A DNA stretch of 64,000 bases. Source: Verrucomicrobiota bacterium. Lineage in GTDB: Bacteria > Verrucomicrobiota > Verrucomicrobiia > Limisphaerales > CANJXF01. The position numbers and the translations under genes were made by a program. Positions 41,734 to 51,764 of the stretch are shown here, piece by piece; the first letter of the stretch is position 1; the number at the start of each line of letters is the position of its first letter. Below the pieces are notes generated by a model. That model searched no databases and had not been told where the DNA came from. It was given only the letters and a program-made list of their open reading frames with translations. The DNA lies in assembly GCA_038214755.1 (NCBI GenBank), contig JBBQRQ010000001.1, positions 74,710 to 138,709 of the forward strand. Reading direction: 5' to 3'.

Positions 41734-42073
41734 ATGGCGCGACTTTTCGCCGATGAAGACTTTTCGGGGCCTGTTGTCGAGGAGTTGCGCCAATTAGGTC
41801 ATGATGTTCTTACTGTGAAGGAAATTGGAAAAGCCAATCAACGATGGCCAGACGATGCCATATTGGCTTTTGCCTTGCGCGAACAGCGGATAATTCTGAC
41901 CAAAAACCGGCGTCACTTTTACAAATTTGCATGAACAAAATCCGGCGCATCCAGGTATTATCGCTTGCTCTGAAAATCCGGATTTTTTGGGCGTCGCGAG
42001 GCAGATTCAGGTTGCAATCAACTTAAGTGCATCTCTCGTCGGAAAATTTATTCGCGTTTATAAGCACCATAAA
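41734..42073 (+). pseudogene. DUF5615 (PIN-like) toxin, frameshifted
   Basis: MARLFADEDF...LGHDV...DDAIL..A....[11 protein letters not shown] continues in another frame as [12 protein letters not shown]; extra T at ~41926-41928. Confidence 0.75.
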
Positions 42074-43645
42074 ATGAAATTCAAATTTACTGCATCGGCC
42101 GCCTGTTGCGCGGCTTTGATTTTGGTGGCGTGCAAATCATCCGAGCCAAAACCCGTCACCCAAATGGAGGTTGTCTCCACCAATAAAATGGTTGGACTGT
42201 CGCCCGCAGCCTCAGACGACAAACCCATTCCCAATCGCCCGGAAAAAATTTCCTTCCCGCCGCTGAAATATGAACCGCCCAATCCCGCTGATTATCGCGT
42301 TGTTCTCAACACGGGTCCCGTTGCCTACGTCGTTCCCGATCGCGAATTGCCGTTGGTCAACATTGTTGTTTACGTTCGCACCGGAGATTATTTGTTGCCC
42401 GAAGGCAAAGAAGGCCTGGCCGGAATCACCGGCTATCTCCTCGCGCGGGGCGGAACGAAATCGAAAACTGCCGAAGAACTCGAGGAGCGCCTGGCGTTTC
42501 TCGCTGCGCAATTAAATTCCGGCGTCGGCGACACGCAGGGCAGCGTCAGTCTCAACCTGCTCTCGAAAGATTTAGAGGAAGGTTTGGACATTCTTCGCGA
42601 AGTTCTCACCGCCCCGCGATTTCAGGAAAACAAACTCGCGCTGATCAAAGATCAAACCATGCAATCGATGCGGCAGCGCAATGATGAATCCGCCGCCATC
42701 GAATCTCGCGAACGCGGCTTTCTCGCTTTTGGCGACAATTTCTGGGTCAATCGCCATTCCACCAGCAATTCCATTCAAAGCATCACTCATCCCGATCTCG
42801 AGGCGTTTCATCGCAAATGGTTTCACCCGTCGAATTTTGTCGTCGCGGTCAACGGCGATTTTGATCGCGCGGAAATGATCCAAAAGCTCGAAAAACTTTT
42901 TGGTGATTGGCCATTTGTCGGCGACAAACCTTCACCGATTCCGACCAACACGGAGTTCGCGAAACCAGGCGTTTATCTCGTGGACAAAGATGTCAACCAG
43001 GGCCGAGTCGCCATAATGTTGCCCGGCATCACGCGCGATAACCCGGATTATTTTTCGGCGGTGATCATGAACGACATTCTGGGCGGCGGCGGTTTCACCT
43101 CGCACATCATGAATCGAGTTCGTTCGGATGAAGGACTCGCTTATTCCGCGGGCTCAAGTTTTCCCGGGGGAATTTATTATCCGCTGACTTTCACGGCTGG
43201 GTTTCAATCGAAATCGCGCACCGTGCCCTACGCCATTTCCATTGTGTTGGATGAAATCCAAAAACTGGCTCGCGAATCCGTCACCGACGAGGAATTGAAC
43301 GTCAGCAAAAATTCTTTTATCCAACGTTTTCCTCGGACGTTCGCGACAAAATCGCAAATCGCCAACACCTTTGCGCAGGATGAATTCACTGGGCGTTTTG
43401 CCAAAGATCCTGAGTTCTGGAAAAAATATCGCTCTCGCCTTGAAGCTGTTTCAAAAGACGATGTCGCGCGCGTGGCGAAAAAATATTTGTTGCCGGATAA
43501 ACTGGCGATCCTCGTCGTGGGCCAAAAGGAGGAAATTTTGAAAGGTCATCCGAACCACGATGTCTCGCTGAAAACTTTGGCGGGAGAAAATTTCGTCGAA
43601 CTTCCGTTGCGGGACCCGCTGACGATGAAGCCGATGGTGAAGTAG
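42074..43645 (+). CDS. M16 peptidase non-catalytic partner subunit (lipoprotein-like)
   Basis: LVAC lipobox-like motif; no Hxx[23 protein letters not shown] (R/Y motif). Confidence 0.85.
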   Translation: MKFKFTASAACCAALILVACKSSEPKPVTQMEVVSTNKMVGLSPAASDDKPIPNRPEKISFPPLKYEPPNPADYRVVLNTGPVAYVVPDRELPLVNIVVYVRTGDYLLPEGKEGLAGITGYLLARGGTKSKTAEELEERLAFLAAQLNSGVGDTQGSVSLNLLSKDLEEGLDILREVLTAPRFQENKLALIKDQTMQSMRQRNDESAAIESRERGFLAFGDNFWVNRHSTSNSIQSITHPDLEAFHRKWFHPSNFVVAVNGDFDRAEMIQKLEKLFGDWPFVGDKPSPIPTNTEFAKPGVYLVDKDVNQGRVAIMLPGITRDNPDYFSAVIMNDILGGGGFTSHIMNRVRSDEGLAYSAGSSFPGGIYYPLTFTAGFQSKSRTVPYAISIVLDEIQKLARESVTDEELNVSKNSFIQRFPRTFATKSQIANTFAQDEFTGRFAKDPEFWKKYRSRLEAVSKDDVARVAKKYLLPDKLAILVVGQKEEILKGHPNHDVSLKTLAGENFVELPLRDPLTMKPMVK

Positions 43646-43819
43646 GGCAGGCTTTCGAGCCTGCCGGTGAGCGCGACTTTCCAGTCGCGCGTTGGGTGTT
43701 TTATCAAAGTCATGTCTTCGTAGGGCAGGCTTTCGAGCTTCGGGTGTTCCCCTTTTAAACGCGGCGCTGGAAAGCGCCGCGAACCGGCAGGCTCGAAAGC
43801 CTGCCCTACGAAGACATCT
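43642..43819. repeat. REP-like family E cluster (3 copies)
   Basis: GTAGGGCAGGCTTTCGAGC at 43642 and 43720, inverted copy ending ~43809. Confidence 0.85.
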
Positions 43820-46451
43820 GCCCGCGCGTCACGCCAAGCTGGTTTTGCAATTTCAATTCGCGCCAGACTTGTGAGCCAGTGATTTCTCCACACAGCAGCG
43901 CGCGATATTTAGAAATGGTCTGGGTCACTTCTTCGGGAGTTTCGTTTACAAATTCGATTCGGAAAGTTCGCACACCAAGTTCCATCAAGCGCGAGACGTA
44001 TTCCGCGCCCGTTTGCGCGCGCGCGTTGAACACGGTGTTGCGACAACCGACATCTGCTTTCAACGGATGTTCCATCCCGACGCGATCGCGCAATTTTACG
44101 TCGTGCTTGTCGCAAGGCCGTCCGCAATTCGTGAAGTCCGTTCCCTTGGAAAGAAACGCGCAAAACACACAATGCTCCATGTGAAACATCGGCATGTGCT
44201 GATGAATCGTCACTTCAAACCACTCGGGCGGCGCGGATTGCAAAAGCGCTTCGAGTTGCGTGATATTTAAATCATACGAGGCGGTCAATCGCTCCAGACC
44301 AAATTTATTTTTGAAATATTCCGCCGTGAGTGCGTTGGCGATGTTCAACGAAAAATCTCCGACGCACCGACTGTTGCGGAAAAATTTCGAATGGTCGTAG
44401 TTGCGAACCAAATAGCCATCGGCGTTGCTCGAGCGAACCTGATTGAGCGTCCATTCTTCACCTGTCTTAAAAATACGTGGCGGCGCAACCCAAATGGTAG
44501 GGCGTGTCACTCCGTGCGCGCCGGTGGTTGAACCCGCGCCGTCGGCTTTACAGTCGCGGGCCGCGTGAAACCGCGTGACGGCTTCCCGATATTTTTTCGC
44601 ATCTTCAAATTCGCAGTAAATGGTTTCGACGCCGCAACGCAACGCCGCCTCCAACTGCGCCAGGTTGCGGACTAACACAATTAAGACAGGAGCCGTTGAA
44701 CCACGGAGGCACAAAGGCACAGAGACAACTTCGAAAACACCTGTTCTCTGTGCCTCTGTGCCTCTGTGGTTCAACTGCCATTTCCTCGGCTGCGCGCGCA
44801 AATTTTCCAACTGCGCAACGGCTGCGCGCCGCATCCGGTTCATTTCGCTCATCGGCAAAATGACGTCGCCCTCCAAAAGTTTTTTAATCTCGCCGAGTTT
44901 GAATGGCGTTCCTCCGAGCCGGCCGAATTGCTCTCGCAAAAGTTCTGTGGTGAGGGGCCGCTTTTCCGCTTTCGCCAGCGACATCGAAGAAGTTTCCTTT
45001 ACCACATTGCCCAACTCGTCTCGAAGAATCAGCGTGAGCGGCAACTTCTCGCTGCCATGAACTTCGATTTCAATCGGTCGTTGGAAATTCGGTTGTTCGC
45101 CCGCGAACGTTTGCCGCAATTGTTTATCGAGGGCGGGATCGCTCGTCTTCCAAATTTTGTCGCCGACATGAATGCGCGAGAAATCAATGTCGCCGCGACC
45201 GAATTCCAAAATGGATTCTTCCGTATTTTTAATTTTTAATTGGGAATTTTTAATTCCATAAACCCGACCGCCTTCTTCTTTTTCATCAGGACGGCCCGCG
45301 TCGAAAACAACGCCGTCCCCCGGTTTCAACGGCGCTTCCAATTTCAAAACAATTTTTTCGCCAAGAATTTTTTGAACTTCGCCAAGATACACGCCGCGTT
45401 TTTTTCCGAAGCGAGCGTGAACCAATTGCTGATTGTCGATTCCATTGAACCACCCGGTGTAAAGCCCGCGCGAAAATCCCATTTCCAATTCGTATTTACG
45501 ATTTGCGATTTGCGATTGCGGGGCGGTTCCTGGTTCCGGCGCTCGTAAATCGTCATTCGTAAATCGTAAATCCTCCAACGCCTGTCGATAAACTCGCGTG
45601 ACGTTCGCGACGTATTCCGGCGTTTTGAGCCGCCCTTCGATTTTCAACGAACTCACTCCCGTGCGAATCAACTCCGGCAGAATTGCCAAGCCAGCCAAAT
45701 CCTGCGGACTGAGCAAATAGCGTTTGTCGCCGAGTGGAATTTGTTGGCCGTCGGAAATTAAATCGTAGGGCATCCGGCAGGCTTGGGCGCATTCGCCGCG
45801 ATTGGCCGAGCGTCCGCCGAGAGATTCGCTGGTGAGACATTGCCCGGAATAAGCGACGCACAACGCGCCGTGAACAAAGACCTCCAAGGGAAACTCGGAA
45901 TGCGGAACTCGGAACGCGGAATCGGATTGCGTCCCTTTTATTGTCTCAATCTCAGCGATCGAACATTCGCGAGCGAGAACGACCAGATTACAGCCAAGCT
46001 CTTTGGCAAATTCCACGCCGCCCGCGCTGGTGATCGTCATCTGCGTCGAAGCGTGGATCGGAAAATCCGGCGAAAGTTTTCGGATCAAACGACAGATGCC
46101 GATGTCCTGCACAATCGCGGCATCGACTCCGGCGGAAATGATCGAGCGCAAATATTTTTCGGCCTCCTCCAGTTCGTTGGCGAAAACCAGCGTGTTAAAA
46201 GTGACGTAACCTTTCACGCCGCGCCGATGCAAAAACTCCATCAACTTTGGCAAATCGCTCTCGGTAAAATTGTGCGCCCGCATCCGCGCGTTGAATTTTT
46301 CCAGGCCGAAATAAATTGCGTCCGCGCCGTTCTCGACAGCCGCCTTCGCGCATTCCCAATCGCCAGCGGGCGCGAGAAGCTCGGGCAATTTTCGATGTTC
46401 GCTCTTCGATTGTCGAATTGCTGCTGTTTCAATTTGCGTGTTCTGATTCAT
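43806..46451 (-). CDS. Peptidase U32-family protein with DUF3656 (RlhA-like RNA hydroxylation protein)
   Basis: PELLAPAG, HASTQM, EVFVHGALCVAYSGQC, SANRGECAQACR, SLKIEGRLK; start uncertain. Confidence 0.85.
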   Translation of the reverse strand: MNQNTQIETAAIRQSKSEHRKLPELLAPAGDWECAKAAVENGADAIYFGLEKFNARMRAHNFTESDLPKLMEFLHRRGVKGYVTFNTLVFANELEEAEKYLRSIISAGVDAAIVQDIGICRLIRKLSPDFPIHASTQMTITSAGGVEFAKELGCNLVVLARECSIAEIETIKGTQSDSAFRVPHSEFPLEVFVHGALCVAYSGQCLTSESLGGRSANRGECAQACRMPYDLISDGQQIPLGDKRYLLSPQDLAGLAILPELIRTGVSSLKIEGRLKTPEYVANVTRVYRQALEDLRFTNDDLRAPEPGTAPQSQIANRKYELEMGFSRGLYTGWFNGIDNQQLVHARFGKKRGVYLGEVQKILGEKIVLKLEAPLKPGDGVVFDAGRPDEKEEGGRVYGIKNSQLKIKNTEESILEFGRGDIDFSRIHVGDKIWKTSDPALDKQLRQTFAGEQPNFQRPIEIEVHGSEKLPLTLILRDELGNVVKETSSMSLAKAEKRPLTTELLREQFGRLGGTPFKLGEIKKLLEGDVILPMSEMNRMRRAAVAQLENLRAQPRKWQLNHRGTEAQRTGVFEVVSVPLCLRGSTAPVLIVLVRNLAQLEAALRCGVETIYCEFEDAKKYREAVTRFHAARDCKADGAGSTTGAHGVTRPTIWVAPPRIFKTGEEWTLNQVRSSNADGYLVRNYDHSKFFRNSRCVGDFSLNIANALTAEYFKNKFGLERLTASYDLNITQLEALLQSAPPEWFEVTIHQHMPMFHMEHCVFCAFLSKGTDFTNCGRPCDKHDVKLRDRVGMEHPLKADVGCRNTVFNARAQTGAEYVSRLMELGVRTFRIEFVNETPEEVTQTISKYRALLCGEITGSQVWRELKLQNQLGVTRGQMSS

Positions 46452-46621
46452 TTGGGATTCACCAGCGGCAGTCAAAGTAGCATTCGTGGCGAGGAAAGAA
46501 ATCTGTTTGGCGTTTTGTCTTTGATCCACGCGGTGCAATTGATCGCGAATGTTGACCGGCTGGGAAGAGAGCGAAGGCGCCCGGCTCTTCCCCACCCGGT
46601 GAACAATGCCGGAGAAGCTAT

Positions 46622-46774
46622 ACAGGATTTCATCCTGCCGTATCGCCGGTTTTCCACCTGCAAGATGCCGCCTGCAACGCGAGACTTTCGTAAAGTAAAG
46701 ACGCTCTATTGGCGACGTTCAGCCGGTTGCAAACCGGCGATACGGCAGGATGCAATCCTGCGCTACAACTGACC
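46622..46774. repeat. Family C REPIN-like unit
   Basis: Arms and internal spacer both alignable with 51765-51924. Confidence 0.85.
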
Positions 46775-46854
46775 AATTGACCGCCAGTCAAAATCATACT
46801 CAACCACCGCGCTCGGTTTGACTCTGTCGGCGCATTGTCCTAACGTCGGCTGCA

Positions 46855-47172
46855 ATGTCATTGCGCGGAAAAAAATTGGGGCTGCTCATTTCTTCCCGTC
46901 CCGAAAATCCCACCTTTCAATACGGTTTGCGCCTCGCGGAAACAGCGTTGGCCGAAGGAGTGGACGTTTATCTTTATTGCATCGACGACGCGGTCAATGG
47001 AGTTGGCGATGCGAAATTGCAAAAATTGAAAGAGCGCGGACTTAAACTTTACGCGTGCGCTTATGGCGCGAATCGGCGTAATTTTCCGTTGAGCGACCAA
47101 GCCACTTTCGCCGGCCTCACTGTCGTTAGCGATCTCATCGCGGGGACGGACCGCTTTGTCAGTTTCAATTAG
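46855..47172 (+). CDS. DsrE/TusD-like sulfur relay protein
   Basis: YLYCIDDAV, LYACAYGANRR (conserved Cys), AGL..VSDLI..TDRFVSF. Confidence 0.75.
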   Translation: MSLRGKKLGLLISSRPENPTFQYGLRLAETALAEGVDVYLYCIDDAVNGVGDAKLQKLKERGLKLYACAYGANRRNFPLSDQATFAGLTVVSDLIAGTDRFVSFN

Positions 47173-47191
47173 AATTCATTCAGGGAAGCTG

Positions 47192-47545
47192 ATGCCTAAT
47201 CCAAATGTGCTTTTTATTGTGGGCGGCGATCCGAGGAGCAGCCCTCGACCGGCGGAAGCAATCCGCATCGCGGCGGGCGTCGGCACGTGGAAGAAAGTGG
47301 ACGTCTCGATTTATTTTCGCGACGCCGCGGTGCTGGCCTTGAGCGAGTTCGCGGATGAATACGTCGATGAAGATAACTATGTCCGCTACCTCCCGATGGT
47401 CGGCGAATTTGGCCGGCCAATTTACGTGCAAAAAAACGCCGGGAAACTTTCCGAGATCGGCGAAGCGCGGCTGCCCTTCAAGGAAATTTCCGACGACGAA
47501 TTGGCAACGCTGGCAGCGACCAGCACCTACGTCGTCCGGTTTTAG
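47192..47545 (+). CDS. DsrF/TusC-like protein
   Basis: VLFIV..DP.S..RPAEAIRIAAG, V.IYF..AAV, ending YVVRF. Confidence 0.65.
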   Translation: MPNPNVLFIVGGDPRSSPRPAEAIRIAAGVGTWKKVDVSIYFRDAAVLALSEFADEYVDEDNYVRYLPMVGEFGRPIYVQKNAGKLSEIGEARLPFKEISDDELATLAATSTYVVRF

Positions 47546-47547
47546 TT

Positions 47548-47727
47548 ATGGCAACGCTGCTCCACATTTTGACCCATGCCGACGACGCGCTCGCCGCAAA
47601 AATAATTGCGCAACAAAAATTGGATTCGGAAAATAAAATAGAAGCAGTCGATTTGACTCAGCCCGAATCAGATTACAGAAAGTTGCTGGAAAAAATTTTT
47701 TCGTCGGACTCGATCCAGGTCTGGTGA
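47548..47727 (+). CDS. DsrH/TusB-like small protein
   Basis: Not in the ORF track (59 aa): MATLLHIL...DYRKLLEKIFSSDSIQVW*; the LH start and DY...W end resemble DsrH. Confidence 0.6.
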   Translation: MATLLHILTHADDALAAKIIAQQKLDSENKIEAVDLTQPESDYRKLLEKIFSSDSIQVW

Positions 47728-47735
47728 ATGGTGAT

Positions 47736-47863
47736 TTTGGACTGCGGCGGCACGCCGCCGCTTTTCCTACAGGCCCTACTCACCGTGACAGTTTCGAATG
47801 GATCGCCCCTCTCGAATTCTTTCACCGTGCAACCAAAGCGGGAAAATGTCCCCGCCCTCCAAG
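47736..47863. repeat. Family I-like degenerate inverted pair
   Basis: TTTTGGACTGCGGCGGCACGCCGCCGCTTT ... AAAGCGGGAAAATGTCCCCGCCCTCCAA; related single copy near 39669-39697. Confidence 0.55.
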
Positions 47864-47872
47864 CTGGCGCGC

Positions 47873-48607
47873 TTACAATTCGCGGATTTTTATATTTCGA
47901 AACCATGCCTCATCGTTGTGTTCGGTTAAAAGAATGTGACCTTCGATTTTCTCGCCAAAATTTTTCACGTCCTTGAATTTGCTCTGCCCAATGGCGGCGT
48001 TCAATTTCGCGCTGCCCAATTCGTATTCCAGAACTTTCGCGCCATTCAACCAATGCTCCACATGATTGCCGCGCACCAAAATTCGCGAATGATTCCATTG
48101 ATCGACAGGCTTGAGCGGCTTGGCGTTTTTTGGAGGCAAGATGTCGTAGAGTGAAGCGGTCTGCCTTTTCGCGGGGATTTCGATGGCGTCATCGATCATT
48201 TGATATTCCGGTCCCGGTGAATTTCCGCGCTCTTCGGAAACCAGGTATTTTACGCCGTTATTTGATTTGGCGGGAATCTTCCAATCCCATTGCAAATCGT
48301 AGTCGTTGAATTTTTCCAGCGTGATGATGTCGCCCGCGTGACTGTTGGGCTCGAGTTTCAGACAGCCATTTTCGATCACCCAACCGTGCTGCGGCGGGGA
48401 AGGTTTTTTATAATTGCGCCAGCCCGCCAAAGATTTCCCATCGAACAATAATTTCCAACCCGCTTTCTTTTCCGCCACGGTCAATTGATTTGGCATTTCA
48501 CTTTTTGCGGGAATAGAAGTGCTCGAAGCTGATTTGGAATCCGACGACGCGCACCCGGCGAAAATTGCCACGCTGAGAATGAGAAAGATTTTGGAAAAAA
48601 ACTTCAT
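47873..48607 (-). CDS. DUF1080 (3-keto-disaccharide hydrolase-like) lipoprotein
   Basis: FAGC lipobox, GWKLLFDGKSLAGW, NNGVKY, EYQMIDD, WNHSRI, FRNIKIREL. Confidence 0.9.
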   Translation of the reverse strand: MKFFSKIFLILSVAIFAGCASSDSKSASSTSIPAKSEMPNQLTVAEKKAGWKLLFDGKSLAGWRNYKKPSPPQHGWVIENGCLKLEPNSHAGDIITLEKFNDYDLQWDWKIPAKSNNGVKYLVSEERGNSPGPEYQMIDDAIEIPAKRQTASLYDILPPKNAKPLKPVDQWNHSRILVRGNHVEHWLNGAKVLEYELGSAKLNAAIGQSKFKDVKNFGEKIEGHILLTEHNDEAWFRNIKIREL

Positions 48608-48802
48608 GGCGGAATGTTGTAGCGGCGCGGCAAATCCAGGTCAAGCGAGTCAATCCCCCATCCGTTTGTAATCGTATCAGCCGGTGATCGTGATGCAGCG
48701 TCAATGAACCCAGTAGATTATTTCCGCTCCAATAAATTTTGACGTAGCTGGCCTGGCACCAGGAGAAGGGGATGACTTTAAACGCGGAAACAGATCGAGC
48801 GG

Positions 48803-50173
48803 TTAACTGACTTTCAAATGCCAAGCCCTGGGCTGAAGAAAAGTTTGAATGCCAAGAGTGGAGAGCGTCGTGCCCATGCCAGAGTGACCGCGACCGGACC
48901 ACGGAAGGCGCGGGCTGACGCGGTCGCAGCAATTCCAGTAAACCGAACCCACGTTCACTTGGGAAAGAATTCGGCTCGCGCGTTCCATAGATTTGCAATA
49001 GACCCCGGAGGTCAAACCGTATGGTGTGTTATTCATCAATCGAACCGCTTCTTCATCATCGATGATTTTTTGAATTCCGATCAGCGGCCCAAAAGTTTCC
49101 TCCCGCATTAACTGCATCGAATGATCGACGTTTACGAAAACCGTCGGCTCAAAATAGTTTCCGGGTCGCGCAGCGCGTTTTCCGCCGCACAGAAGTTCAG
49201 CTCCTTTTTCCAGCGCATCGCTCACCTGTCGCTCTAAGAGTCCGAGATGTTCCCGGCGGGTCACCGGGCCTATGTAAGTTTTCTCTTCCAGCGGATCGCC
49301 GATGACAAAATTTTTGACGGTTGCGACGAATGCTTCGATGAACGGATCGTAAATTTTCTCATGCGCGTAAACGCGTTCCACCGAACAGCAGCTTTGGCCG
49401 CAATTGTAAAAAGCTCCGTCAGCGACACTCTGCGCCGCCGAGACCACGTCAACATCCTCCGCGACATAAATCGGATCTTTGCCGCCCAGTTCCAATTGCA
49501 CTTTCATCAAACATTTTGCGGCGGCCTCGGCAATATTTTTTCCGGTCGCATACGAGCCGGTGAAAAAAATTCCAGCGAGCGGCTGGCGCAAAAGTTCCGC
49601 GCCGACTTTGCCGCCGCCAATGATGGGAATGAAAACGTCTTTCGGAATTCCCGCTTCATGCAAAAGCTCGGCGATGGCCAGCCCGGTCAATGAAGCGTAT
49701 TCCGAAGGTTTATAGAGGACAGCGTTGCCGGTCAAAAGCGCCGGGATAAAAACGTTCGAGCCGACGTAATACGGATAATTCCACGCCGAAATATTCGCAA
49801 TGATTCCGAGCGGCTCCCATGAAATTTTTTCTTCCAGCTTTTGAGTCGGATCGGAAAAAACAATTTCGTCGCGCAGCATTCGGGGAACGTTTTCCAGAAA
49901 AAAATCCAGACGACCCAAAAGTCCTTTCAGTTCACTGCGTGATTGTGTGATGGGTTTTCCCACTTCGCTGGTGGTGATTGCTGCGAGTCTTTCGGTCTGT
50001 TGAATGACGAGTTCACGAAACCTTCGAATCGCACTGAGCCGTTCTTCAATTGGAACCCGCGCCCAATTTTTTTGGGCTTCGTCTGCCCGTTGAAATTTCT
50101 CCGCGATGAGTTTTGGAGAATCTTCTTCGATCTCACGGATGATCTGCTCGGTTGCGGGGTTAATAATTTTCAT
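48803..50173 (-). CDS. NAD(P)-dependent aldehyde dehydrogenase
   Basis: WNYP, KPSE, FTGS, LELGGKDP, GQSCCSVER, EETFGP. Confidence 0.95.
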   Translation of the reverse strand: MKIINPATEQIIREIEEDSPKLIAEKFQRADEAQKNWARVPIEERLSAIRRFRELVIQQTERLAAITTSEVGKPITQSRSELKGLLGRLDFFLENVPRMLRDEIVFSDPTQKLEEKISWEPLGIIANISAWNYPYYVGSNVFIPALLTGNAVLYKPSEYASLTGLAIAELLHEAGIPKDVFIPIIGGGKVGAELLRQPLAGIFFTGSYATGKNIAEAAAKCLMKVQLELGGKDPIYVAEDVDVVSAAQSVADGAFYNCGQSCCSVERVYAHEKIYDPFIEAFVATVKNFVIGDPLEEKTYIGPVTRREHLGLLERQVSDALEKGAELLCGGKRAARPGNYFEPTVFVNVDHSMQLMREETFGPLIGIQKIIDDEEAVRLMNNTPYGLTSGVYCKSMERASRILSQVNVGSVYWNCCDRVSPRLPWSGRGHSGMGTTLSTLGIQTFLQPRAWHLKVS

Positions 50174-50250
50174 CGTAATTTAGAACTTAGTCGCGCCCAG
50201 TAATTTCTTTTGGTTCTTCTTGCAGGCCGTGTATCGGAGACCACCACCTT

Positions 50251-50372
50251 TTACCGCAGAGGTCGCAAAGGTTTTCGCAGAGGGACGCAGAGTGACAGCC
50301 TCTCGGCCAGGCGTTTTTTCACGACTTTCCTTTGCGCCCTCTGCGTGAACCTTCGCGCCCTCTGCGTTTAAA
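50251..50372. repeat. Family J inverted pair (CGCAGAG-based)
   Basis: ACCGCAGAGGTCGCAAAGGTTTTCGCAGAGGGACGCAGAG ... CTTTGCGCCCTCTGCGTGAACCTTCGCGCCCTCTGCGTT; second copy 62549-62673. Confidence 0.85.
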
Positions 50373-50412
50373 CTGGTTGCCAAAATAAATTTCCGGAAAT
50401 GCGTCTTGCGAA

Positions 50413-50488
50413 CGGAGCGCCGATACTCCAGTTCGGCTCGTCGCAGTCCGGCGTTCGGAGTCGTGCCGATTAGGAAATCGGCGCTCCT
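50413..50488. repeat. Family G inverted pair
   Basis: GGAGCGCCGATACTCCAGTTCGGC ... GCCGATTAGGAAATCGGCGCTCC. Confidence 0.75.
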
Positions 50489-50524
50489 ATCCGGAGATTA
50501 TCTCGGCAACCGATCTCATCCGTC

Positions 50525-51676
50525 TTAAAAAGCATCGTTAAAAATTCGCTGAAAATCTTCTCTCGTCACGGATCGCGGATTATTTTGATGACAGGAATCT
50601 TCGCTGGCGACTTGCACCAGTCTCGCCAACTGCTCCTGCTTTACGCCGGTCTCGGATAACTTCGCCGGAATGCCAATCGCCGCATTGAGATTGTGCAACC
50701 ACTCGACAAATGCTTCTCCGGTTTGTTCTCGCAGTCCAATCGTCATCGCCATTCTCCGAAAAAGTTCCGGCGCTGCGGAAAAATTAAACGGCAGCGCGTA
50801 AGGCATCATCACTGCATTCGCCAAACCGTGATGCAAGTCAGCCACCGCGCTCAATGCGTGCGCGCAGGAATGCGTCAGGCCGAGTCCTTTTTGAAATGCG
50901 ATCGCGCCCATCATCGACGCCATCATCATCGAACTGCGCGCTTCGATGTCGCGCGGAGTTCTGACGCATTTTTCCAAACTGGCCGCGCCGAGCCGAAGTC
51001 CTTCCAGCGCGATGCCGTCGCAAATCGGATGATAATTTTTAGCGAGGAAAGCTTCGATGCAGTGCGTGAGAGCGTCCATGCCGGTCGCGGCGGTAATTTT
51101 TTCGGGCAAATCGAGCGTCAGTTCCGGATCGGCAAAAACCGCTTGCGCCAAAAGCCGAGGAGAAAAAACTATTTTTTTTATGTGCGTTGTGTCGTCGGAA
51201 ATAACCGCGCTGCGACCTACTTCGCTGCCCGTTCCAGAAGTCGTCGGCAACGCGATCAAAAATGGAATCGATTGATCAATCGGGCGGGCGTCGGGCTTGC
51301 CGTCTTCGTAGTCGAAAAGATCGCCGGGATGATTCGCCATGAGCGCAATCGCCTTCGCCACGTCAAGCGCCGCGCCGCCGCCGAGGCCGATGATTGAATC
51401 GCCCTCGTGCTCTTTGAAAGCGGTCACGCCTGCAATGACCTGGGATTTAGTTGGATTTCCAAAAACTTCTGAAAAAGTTGAAAGCTCCAGATTGCCGAGC
51501 GAAAAATTTCTTAAAAAATCCTGGAACATCGGCAACGGTGCGATCCCGCGATCTGTCACGATGAGCGGACGAGTCAATTTATTTTCCCCAAGGAAGTTTG
51601 GAAGTTGAGCACGAACTCCCGCGCCGAAGTGAATCAAAGTTGGAAAACTGAAAGTTGAAATAGCCATTTTGTTCAT
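50525..51676 (-). CDS. Iron-containing alcohol dehydrogenase
   Basis: GGGAALDVAK, PTTSGTGSE, GMDALTHCIE, HSCAH, HHGLANA. Confidence 0.92.
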   Translation of the reverse strand: MNKMAISTFSFPTLIHFGAGVRAQLPNFLGENKLTRPLIVTDRGIAPLPMFQDFLRNFSLGNLELSTFSEVFGNPTKSQVIAGVTAFKEHEGDSIIGLGGGAALDVAKAIALMANHPGDLFDYEDGKPDARPIDQSIPFLIALPTTSGTGSEVGRSAVISDDTTHIKKIVFSPRLLAQAVFADPELTLDLPEKITAATGMDALTHCIEAFLAKNYHPICDGIALEGLRLGAASLEKCVRTPRDIEARSSMMMASMMGAIAFQKGLGLTHSCAHALSAVADLHHGLANAVMMPYALPFNFSAAPELFRRMAMTIGLREQTGEAFVEWLHNLNAAIGIPAKLSETGVKQEQLARLVQVASEDSCHQNNPRSVTREDFQRIFNDAF

Positions 51677-51764
51677 CGCGTCAATTACGCGAATGCGGAG
51701 AAATGTTCGTCGTGACTTCGAAAATTGCAATTGCGAAAGGACATTCGCGTTATCTGGCCATGTC

